Positions 1 to 7,590 of a DNA stretch of 64,000 bases are shown one piece after another. Within the stretch, counting starts at the first letter, position 1. Every line of letters starts with the position of its first letter. A program made the position numbers and the translations under genes. This stretch comes from Candidatus Fermentibacteraceae bacterium. GTDB taxonomy: Bacteria; Fermentibacterota; Fermentibacteria; Fermentibacterales; JCC-6. Under the pieces are notes generated by a model, which saw nothing but the letters and a program-made list of their open reading frames with translations, made no database searches and was not told the origin of the DNA. The DNA is taken from assembly GCA_041750285.1 (NCBI GenBank), contig JBGSZS010000002.1, positions 76,910 to 140,909 of the forward strand. The letters are read 5' to 3'.

Positions 1-1
1 C

Positions 2-625
2 GACGAGCTTCCCGAGTTCAACCGAAGCGCCCTCGAGGCGATGCGCCAGCCCATGGAATCATGCCGGGTGACTGTTTCACGGGCAGTGACCTCCACCGAC
101 TTCCCGGCAAGGTTCATGCTGCTGGCCGCGATGAACCCATGCCCCTGCGGCTACCTCACCCATCCCTCAAGGGCATGCAACTGCAGCTCTTCACAGGTTC
201 AGCGCTACCTCGCACGGATATCCGGTCCCCTGCTCGACCGCATCGACATTCACCTCGAAGTTTCCCCTCTCGAGGGCAAACACCTCGGCCCCGAGACCGA
301 ACCCGGGGAGCCATCGCTGCCGATAAGGGAGCGGGTTGCCGCGGCAAGGGCCATTCAGGGGGAAAGGTATGCGGGCATGAAGGAAGTGTTCTGCAATGCA
401 GGCATGCCCCCCTCCATGCTGCGGAAGCACTGCTCCATCGATCCCGCTGGCAGAAAGCTGCTCGATACCGCCGCTTCGCGCTTCGGTTTCTCCGCAAGGG
501 CATATTGCAGGGCGCTCAGGGTGTCACGAACCATCGCCGACCTCGAAGGTCAGGACCGGATAAACTCGACCCACGTCGCCGAGGCCGTTCAGTTCAGGGC
601 TCTGGAGAAGGACTACTGGGTGTAG
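2..625 (+). CDS. comM: YifB/ComM family Mg-chelatase-like AAA+ ATPase, C-terminal part (5' truncated by window edge)
   Basis: Frame open from position 2: DELPEF..LEAMRQPME, AAMNPCPCGY, ISGPLLDRIDI, FSARAYCRALRVSRTIADL, HVAEAVQFR are characteristic YifB/ComM motifs. Confidence 0.93.
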   Translation, partial: DELPEFNRSALEAMRQPMESCRVTVSRAVTSTDFPARFMLLAAMNPCPCGYLTHPSRACNCSSSQVQRYLARISGPLLDRIDIHLEVSPLEGKHLGPETEPGEPSLPIRERVAAARAIQGERYAGMKEVFCNAGMPPSMLRKHCSIDPAGRKLLDTAASRFGFSARAYCRALRVSRTIADLEGQDRINSTHVAEAVQFRALEKDYWV

Positions 626-648
626 GAATGGGGAAGCCCCCGCCGGTA

Positions 649-680
649 TTGCACCCGAGTTCCCCGGGGATGTATACAAT
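649..680 (+). promoter_or_regulatory. Putative sigma70-type promoter for the FG-GAP gene
   Basis: TTGCAC (649-654) followed by TGTATACAAT (671-680); GGGGAGG RBS at about 693-699. Confidence 0.4.
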
Positions 681-705
681 GCTGCAGCGTGAGGGGAGGC
701 CATAT

Positions 706-1896
706 CTGAATGCTCTTTTACTTATAGCTCTCCCGGCTTTTCCTGGGCTTGTGGAGTTCCATGCCGAGGGACCGATAGCCGATGGTGGCAAACAACTCGA
801 CGTGGGAAGTTACGCGGCGCCGCTGATGACGGACTGGGACGGCGATGGTCTTGAAGACCTCCTTGTGGGCCAGTTCGACGGGGGAAGGATCAGGTTCTAC
901 CCCAATCTGGGATCCCGGCAGGCACCGGTGTTCGATGGTTTCGAGTATCTGATGGACGGGGAAGACTACCTCTCGGTTCCCTACGATTGATGCACCGGGG
1001 CCACGGATCCACAGGCTGTGGATTGGGACGGCGACGGCAGACCCGACATTCTGGTGGGAGACCGGGAGGGAAACATCCACTTCTTCAGACGCCTCGAGTA
1101 CGGGGTGGTCAACCTTGAGGAGCAGGACCCGGTCGAAGTCGGCGGCAGGCCGATTGACGTGGGCTACAACTCCGCACCGTGCGTCACCGACTGGAATGCC
1201 GACGGTCTTCCGGACCTTGTCGTTGGCAGCCTGAGCGCGGTTCCCGCCGCGGTCTTCCTGTTCATTGACGAGGGGTCGCCGTACTCTCCGTTGTACGTTC
1301 AAACCGACACCGTTCTCTGCCAGGGGGCACCCATCCAGTTGACGGCAGCCTACCCCGACATCCATGACCTGACAGGCGACGGCCTGGAGGAGCTGCTTGT
1401 GGGCTCGGCCAACGGGAACGTCCTGTGCTGCGTCAACACCGGAACACCCGGAAACCCGGTCTACGGATACTCGGAGAACCTGAGGGCCGATGGCGGGGAG
1501 ATATACTTCTGTTCGTACGTCAGGCCCTCCATCTGCCAATGGAACGGCGACGGCATCCCCGACCTGCTCCTTGCGGACGACAGCGGGATGGTCCACCTGT
1601 TCACCGGGGTGCCTCCGGAAGGTGTTCCGGAATACCCCGCGGCTTCGGTGAGGTTGCTGCGGAACCCGGCAACAGGTTCCGTGAACCTGAGGGTTAACCT
1701 TCCCGAGCCCTCGCAGGTGGGAACGGCGCTGTTCTCCCTGGACGGAAGGCTTCTCGGATCGGTGGAAAGCGGCATTCTGCCTGCGGGTCCGAATACGGTG
1801 ACTGTTGCCTGCGGGCCGCTGCCAGCGGGGCTCTACGTACTGCGCGTGACCGCCGGAAACAGCGCTGAAATCCTCAGGGTGGCAATCATTCCCTGA
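706..1896 (+). CDS. Secreted FG-GAP/VCBS-repeat protein with T9SS-like C-terminal domain; in-frame UGA at 988-990, candidate selenocysteine (U95-C96)
   Basis: ORFs 61..990 and 1018..1896 are in the same frame, joined by TGA-TGC-ACC-GGG-GCC-ACG-GAT-CCA-CAG-GCT-GTG. Five DWDGDG-type repeats span the junction. Hydrophobic N-terminus LNALLLIALPAFPG after the RBS (probable CTG start at 706). C-terminal NPA..FSLDGRLL..LPAGLYVLRV sorting-like domain. Confidence 0.8.
1001..1026 (+). promoter_or_regulatory. Candidate bacterial SECIS element
   Basis: Perfect stem ATCCACA (1007-1013)/TGTGGAT (1017-1023) closing a G-starting loop (GGC) 23 nt downstream of the UGA; extendable by a G-U pair and CC/GG. Confidence 0.55.
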
Positions 1897-1909
1897 GAGC
1901 CGACGGAAA

Positions 1910-1931
1910 GGGGCGCCCGGATGGGCGCCCC
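1910..1931. terminator. Hairpin between convergent genes, probable bidirectional terminator
   Basis: GGGGCGCCC-GGAT-GGGCGCCCC, a 9-bp stem between stops at 1896 (+) and 1948 (-). Confidence 0.7.
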
Positions 1932-1947
1932 CGTTAGGTCGTGGAGA

Positions 1948-4320
1948 CTACCTGATGACCATCAGACCGGTGGTGGCGGTGAAGTCACCGGCGGTGATCC
2001 TGACCCTGTAGGCCCCGTTGGGAACCGGCGAGCCGGAGGGGCCGGCAAGGTCCCACGTGAGTGTGTGGGCGCCGGCGGGAAGCTCGCCCTGGTTGACGGT
2101 CGTTACCAGGCGTCCGCTGATGTCGTAGACCTGCATGCTCATGACAGCGGCTCCGGCCAGATCGACCGGGATCGAGACGATGGATGCAGCCGGGCTGGGA
2201 TAGGGCATTCCCACGCTGTTCTCGAACCCGGAGAGACCCTCGGCCGAGTGCTCGATCTCGGTGCCCGATACGGTGGCCGTTCCGAGGTAGGTCAGGTGGT
2301 TCTGCTTCCAGGCCGTGACGTACATGGTTCCAGTCGAGCCGGGGGTGGGGGTGAAGGTGGCCTGTCCCGATGCGTTGGTGGTGGCGACGAGGTAGACGTC
2401 GGCGGTCTCGAAGCTGGTGCCCTTGTAGAGTGTCACCCTTGCTCCGCTGACCGGAGAGCCTCCCGCAGTCACCGTAACGGTGAAGCTCCCGCCGGTGAAC
2501 GTGGAGGGGTGGGAGCCGCTGAGCTGGGTCGGGGATGCTGACCACAGCGGAAGTTCGGGGCAGCCGAAAAGGTTGTACTCCATGATGCACCAGTGACGGT
2601 AGGCATTCGATGGGGGACAGATGCTGTATCGGCCCATGAAGTGCATGGCGCCCAGTGTGCTCTGACCGCTGATGAAGTGGCTGTAGTAGATCTTCTGGCA
2701 GAGTATTTCGCTGTCGCCGTTCCCGGGGCTGCTGGGGTTCCCCCAGCCGTACCTGGCACATGCGCCTCCGAAACCCCCGCCGTTGACGTTCGATGTCCAT
2801 GCGTCGAGCATGCACTCGGTTCCGTCGAGGTGGCCGATGAGGCAGCTTATGCTGTTCCAGATCGCTGGAAGGCCGCCGGAAGAGATGTTCGTAAGGGCCA
2901 GAATGTTGCTGTTTGTGAAGCTGCCGCCGGGAACGCCGAACGACTGCTCGCTTCCGTGGGCGGCCACGTAGACATGGTGGGGGCCGGCGTTGAACATGGA
3001 GTTGGTTGCAGCCCAGTTGTTGGTTCCATTGGATTCGTAGCGCTTGTCCTGGCTCCAGTTTGCCGGGATGTAGCCCGATATGATCTACGCGCCCGCGCTG
3101 CCGTAGCACCCCGGCCATAGCATAGACGTGCTGTAGCCAATGCGCAGCTCACGTACCGCTGTTGTGGGCTCGTCGGAAAGCGAGACCTGCTCGTAGGCGA
3201 GGACCTTGTTCACGAAGGTGTTGGCCTCGGCTGCAGTGTTTACGCTGGCGCGGCCAGTGAAGATGGCGGGAGTGTAGCTCATCTGGTCTATGTTGTACTC
3301 GCCCCACACATTGTTGTTGTTGGAGTCCCACCGGTCGGCTGCCGGCGCGGTGTCGTTCAGATCGGACCAGTAGTAGTCGACAGGGGGATACTCGTTGTAG
3401 CCGCCGGCGCTGATCTTGACATCGCGCCCCGCGACCTTGTCGTCGTCGCCGAAGATGAGGGCGAACTCCACGCCATTGTCACTGGCTTCGTGGAGAAACA
3501 TCCTGATCTCATGCTGAAGGTCGTCACCGGTGTACTGGGCCTGGATCTCGGTGGTGGTTATCACTGTGGCGGGGATGCCCTTGCGGGTCTTCCAGTTTGC
3601 AAGCGTGTTGGCCTGGGCGACGTAGTCGGGGTGGGTGATGATGACGTACTCGCCGAAGGTGAGGTCACGGCTCTCCACTATGGCAGCACCGCTTGACAGG
3701 ACGTCTTCGGGGTTCACCACGGCGTTCCTGACGACATCGGAGGTCCGGGCTTCGCTCTGGGCGCTGCGAACCTGAACCGTCCTCATGGAGGGGTCGGCAA
3801 CATACTCGACGTGAAGAGTCACGCTTTCGAGCACTTCGATGGTTCCATCGGCCGGGTTCCAGCGAACCGGGTATACCGACACTCTGGCGACAGGAAATCC
3901 CAGAAGGACGCTGGAGTTCTCAAACCTGGCGATGGCGCCCGGGAAGGTCTCGGTGGAGTTGTAGATGCCTGGGTCGGGGCGTGGCATCGGGATGGTGGCG
4001 CCTTCCATGAGGCTCAGGGGAACCTGTTCGACGGCCGGAAGGATGTTGTACCTGCCCCTCAAAGGAGCGTAGGAGGCTTCGACGACCGAGACTGAAACCG
4101 CACGGCTCTCAGGGGGAAGCGCAACATGCACAGGCAGCACCGGGAGGGCCGGGGCTCCGATCGCTGAGAGCGGGTAGGTGGAAGGGGAGGAAACAGTCGT
4201 GTATCCCGCGAGATCAGTCATGGAAACCGAAGAACCATCGAACGGGACGGTTACGGTGAGTTCCCCGGCGAATGCCGTAGCCGAGGCGAGAATGACCAGC
4301 ATAACGATCTTCACAGCCAT
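1948..4320 (-). CDS. Peptidase C25 (gingipain-like) with propeptide and FlgD/T9SS-like C-terminal domain, interrupted by one in-frame TAG at 3085-3087 (read-through, nonsense mutation or sequencing error)
   Basis: Signal peptide, C25 propeptide (GAPALPV), EYVIIT..LANWKTRKG, DYYWSDL, TGRASV..FVNKVLAYE. After the TAG the same frame continues IISGYIPANW.. into catalytic AAHGS and NSISCLIG, EYNLFGCPEL, and a C-terminal YDISGRLVTTV..HTLTWD..PNGAY domain. Confidence 0.85.
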
Positions 4321-4363
4321 GAAGGCCTCCGTTTCATTTCAGGGTTCTGGAAACTGGTGTTTT

Positions 4364-4392
4364 TTTATAACTCTGCCATGATGGAAAAGCAA
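4364..4392 (-). promoter_or_regulatory. Putative sigma70 promoter of the C25 protease gene
   Basis: Minus strand TTGCTT (4392-4387), 17 nt, TATAAA (4369-4364); GGAGG RBS before the ATG at 4320. Confidence 0.5.
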
Positions 4393-4407
4393 TTGCTCCC
4401 ATTTGGA

Positions 4408-5016
4408 TTACCGCAGTGACGGCGTTTCCGTTAGGAGTTCGACTGCGGCGTTCCTGACCGGGAGCGAATCCCATGATGCGACGCGGGTCGACCAGACAAC
4501 TGTCTGCCCCCGGGTGAAAAGGTTCAGTGATGAGTCTCCCGCCGCGACGAACCAGGAAAAACCGAGGAAGTCGTCCGCCATGGCTGCCTGCTCGGCCATG
4601 GGAATGGCTCCGAGGTTTACGGGGTCGCCCCCGAAGGTGAAGCCTTCGTCCTCGAGGGGAAGAAGGAGCTTCTGGAAGTACTGGGCGAGCGCCCAGCCGT
4701 TCTCCCCGGGAAAAACTGAAACGCCGATCGAGACGGATGATTCCACCGGTCCGGCTTGAAGCTGCGTCCAGTCTATCCCGGTGCTGTCGACGGTTTCCAA
4801 GGCTTCGGGCGTCACGGCCAGGGTTTCCCCATTGTCCCTGACGACGTCCCAGATAAGCAGACCCGCCACCATTGCAGCGGCTCCGAGGGCAAGCCAGCCC
4901 TCGATGCTTTCGTCCGCCGAGTCAGAGGATGAACCGCTGCCCGATCCCGAGGGAAAGGCGCCTGCGGTGGTGGACACCAGGAACACCACCGCGAGGAGGA
5001 TTGCGCCCTGCTTCAC
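4408..5016 (-). CDS. Hypothetical exported/membrane protein
   Basis: GTG start overlapping the fusA stop (GTGA); signal peptide, Ser/Gly linker and one hydrophobic helix (WLALGAAAMVAGLLIW). Confidence 0.65.
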   Translation of the reverse strand: MKQGAILLAVVFLVSTTAGAFPSGSGSGSSSDSADESIEGWLALGAAAMVAGLLIWDVVRDNGETLAVTPEALETVDSTGIDWTQLQAGPVESSVSIGVSVFPGENGWALAQYFQKLLLPLEDEGFTFGGDPVNLGAIPMAEQAAMADDFLGFSWFVAAGDSSLNLFTRGQTVVWSTRVASWDSLPVRNAAVELLTETPSLR

Positions 5017-7061
5017 TGCTCGTCCGACTTGTATTCGGCCTGGATGCGATCCTGCACCTCTCTCGGAACAGGGTCGTAGTGGCTGAACTCCTGTGTGAAG
5101 CTGCCCCTGGCCTGCGTGAGGGAACGCAGTGAACTCGTGTACTGGTAAAGCTCGGCCTCGGGGACCAGGGCCTTGATGATCTGGAAAGCGCCCTGCCCCT
5201 CCATGCCCTGTATCTTTCCACGCCGGGAGTTGAGGTCACCCATGACGTCACCCATGAACTCTTCGGGCACCGTGACCTCGAGGGCCATGATCGGCTCGAG
5301 AAGGGTGGGTCCCGCCTGCATCATGACCTCCTGGAAGCACTTGCTTGAGGCGAGCTTGAACGCCATGTCCGATGAATCAACCGAGTGCGAGCTTCCATCG
5401 AAGACCACGGCCTTCACATCCACCACGCGGCTGCCGGATACCGGACCCTTGTGGAGGGTTTCGAGCACGCCCTTTTCCACCGCGGGTATGAACTTGGTGG
5501 GAACGGTCCCGCCGACAACCTCGCTGGTGAACTGGAAACCGGTTCCCCTGGGAAGCGGATCGAGCCTGAGGTAGACATGGCCGTACTGACCCCTGCCGCC
5601 GGACTGCTTCTTGTGCTTGTAGCTTCCCTGTGCGCTTTTCGAGATGGTCTCGTGGTAGGCGATCCGGGGCTTGAAGATCTCGGCGTCGACACCGGTGAGG
5701 TCTTTCAGGCGGTTGAGCATCGTGTTGAGATGAAGCTCGCCCATGCCGCTGACCGTGGTCTGGTTGATGTCGGGCTCCATGCGGGAGATGAATGTCAGGT
5801 CCATGCTGGCGAGCTTGTTGAGCCCAACGCCCATCTTGTCCTCCTCACCGCGTTTTTTCGGGGCGATGGCAGCCCTGTAGACGGGGTTGGGGAAGACGAT
5901 GGGGGTCAGTGTGATCCCGGCGGACTTGTCGGCGAGGGTGTCGTTGGTGGAGGTGTTCTTGAGCTTCGCAACGGCGATAATGTCGCCGCAGACCATGGAG
6001 GAGGCGTCCACCCGGTTCGGGCCGTGCATGTGGTAGTAGTTTCCAAGCCTTTCGCCCGAGTTCTTCTCCATGTTGTGCACTTCCTTCGAACCCTCAAGGG
6101 CGCCGCTCACCACCCTGATGTAGACCATTTCGCCGACATGTCTGTCCAGCTTGGTGCTGAAAGCCCTTGCGACGAACGGTCCCCTCGGGTTGGCCTGCAG
6201 AATGTCGCCGCCCTGAACCCTGGCGCCCCTGAATTCGAGGGCCGAAGGAATGCACTGCAGGATGCCGTCGAGCAGGGCTTCCTGGCCTGCGGCGGGAATC
6301 GCCACGCCGGCGAACAGCGGGAAGAGCCCCCTGCTGCTCACGGCCCCCCGGATTCCCCGGGCCAGTTCCTCCGGCGTGAGGCTGTCGTTGGCGAAGTACT
6401 GCTCCATGAGTTCTTCGTCGGCCTCGGCCGCCTGTTCCGTCAGCTCCGCCATGTATTCCTCGATCTTCTCGGCGGAACTGGCGGGAAGGGGAATCTCCTT
6501 TCCGGAGAGGTCGTAGGCCTTGCCCGTGAGAAGGTGCACCAGTCCCTTGCAGCCGTCGCTCTCCATGATGGGAAAGACGAAGGGGATGACCGCCTTGGAA
6601 AGCATTTCCCGGGCCTGGAGCAGGGCGCGTTCGAAGTCGGCGTTGTCGCGGTCCACACGGTTCACGAACAGCATGCAGGGAGTGTTCATCTCTTCCGCAT
6701 ACTTCCAGGTCTTGTACGAACCGACCTCGACGGCATCGGTGCAGTCAAGCACGATGAGGGCGCCGTCCGAGGCGCTTATCGCCGCAATGGTGTCGCCGTG
6801 GAAGTCTGCCAGCCCGGGAGTGTCGATGAGATTGATCTTGGTGTCGTTCCACTCGCAGATGCCAACGGTGGAAGTGAGACTGTGCTTTTTCTCGCGGCTT
6901 TCGGTCGTGTAGTCGAACAGGCTTGTACCGTCGTCCACGCTGCCCTGTCTTTCCGCTCCTCCCGAGCGAAAGACCAGCGAATCGCAAAGGCTTGTCTTGC
7001 CGACCGATCCGTGGCCGCAAACGGCTATCGTGCGAAGTTTGTCGGGGGTGTAGGTTTTCAT
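5013..7061 (-). CDS. fusA: Elongation factor G, EF-G2-like paralog
   Basis: GHGSVGKT (G1), DTPG, NRVD, MGELHL, HKKQSGGRGQYG, DGSSHSVDSSDMAF, LLEPIM, LRSLTQARG. Lacks the canonical RGITI switch-I motif and is outside the str operon. Start reassigned to the ATG at 7061 (GGAG RBS). Confidence 0.93.
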   Translation of the reverse strand: MKTYTPDKLRTIAVCGHGSVGKTSLCDSLVFRSGGAERQGSVDDGTSLFDYTTESREKKHSLTSTVGICEWNDTKINLIDTPGLADFHGDTIAAISASDGALIVLDCTDAVEVGSYKTWKYAEEMNTPCMLFVNRVDRDNADFERALLQAREMLSKAVIPFVFPIMESDGCKGLVHLLTGKAYDLSGKEIPLPASSAEKIEEYMAELTEQAAEADEELMEQYFANDSLTPEELARGIRGAVSSRGLFPLFAGVAIPAAGQEALLDGILQCIPSALEFRGARVQGGDILQANPRGPFVARAFSTKLDRHVGEMVYIRVVSGALEGSKEVHNMEKNSGERLGNYYHMHGPNRVDASSMVCGDIIAVAKLKNTSTNDTLADKSAGITLTPIVFPNPVYRAAIAPKKRGEEDKMGVGLNKLASMDLTFISRMEPDINQTTVSGMGELHLNTMLNRLKDLTGVDAEIFKPRIAYHETISKSAQGSYKHKKQSGGRGQYGHVYLRLDPLPRGTGFQFTSEVVGGTVPTKFIPAVEKGVLETLHKGPVSGSRVVDVKAVVFDGSSHSVDSSDMAFKLASSKCFQEVMMQAGPTLLEPIMALEVTVPEEFMGDVMGDLNSRRGKIQGMEGQGAFQIIKALVPEAELYQYTSSLRSLTQARGSFTQEFSHYDPVPREVQDRIQAEYKSDEQ

Positions 7062-7132
7062 TGGGCACTCCTGGGTTTTAGCTTGGATATCTATAAGTAA
7101 AATATAATTACCGCTTTTGTAACGGGAACACA

Positions 7133-7162
7133 ATATTACCGCTTCAACGGGATGCCTGTCAA
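7133..7162 (-). promoter_or_regulatory. Putative sigma70 promoter of fusA
   Basis: Minus strand TTGACA (7162-7157), 18 nt, TAATAT (7138-7133), in an AT-rich intergenic region. Confidence 0.5.
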
Positions 7163-7201
7163 CGCCATTCCGATCCATCGTCACGGGCAACCACGGAGAG
7201 A

Positions 7202-7501
7202 GTGATGAGCGGACTTCTCGAGACCCTTCCAGTAGCCGGCGCTGTTGCGGCGGGAGCCTTCGTGCTGCTCCGCGCGTTCCGGGAGCTGTTTGGGGGAACC
7301 AGCCGGCAGGACGCCTACAGGCGCATGAACCAGGAGTACGAAAAAAAGAGGATCACCGGCAGGAATACCCCCAAATGCCCCCTTTGCGGCGGCTTCACTG
7401 AAAAGGTGCCTTACAGGTTCATAAGCGTCTGGCGGTGTATCCGCTACCCCGAATGCAGGGGATTCGTAAGGGCGAAGAGGGGCAAACCCCGCTTCAGGTA
7501 G
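7202..7501 (+). CDS. Small membrane-anchored protein with C4 zinc ribbon (topoisomerase zinc-finger-like)
   Basis: N-terminal hydrophobic helix, then CPLCGG..WRCIRYPECRGF. Confidence 0.65.
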   Translation: MMSGLLETLPVAGAVAAGAFVLLRAFRELFGGTSRQDAYRRMNQEYEKKRITGRNTPKCPLCGGFTEKVPYRFISVWRCIRYPECRGFVRAKRGKPRFR

Positions 7502-7590
7502 GCAAACGGTCTGGTGTTGCTGTTGCTTTCACCAGTTCGAACCGGGGTTCCTGCTCGTCGGGAACAGAAACGGAAATCGGAGCAGCTCAA

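Noticed and set aside
5385..7100. 571-aa plus-strand ORF
   Set aside because: Antisense shadow of fusA, typical of high-GC codon bias; no motifs
7511..7565. tRNA-like GTTCGAACC and flanking hairpins upstream of the oxidoreductase operon
   Set aside because: The T-stem does not pair properly and there is no cloverleaf; it matches no riboswitch consensus I can recognise
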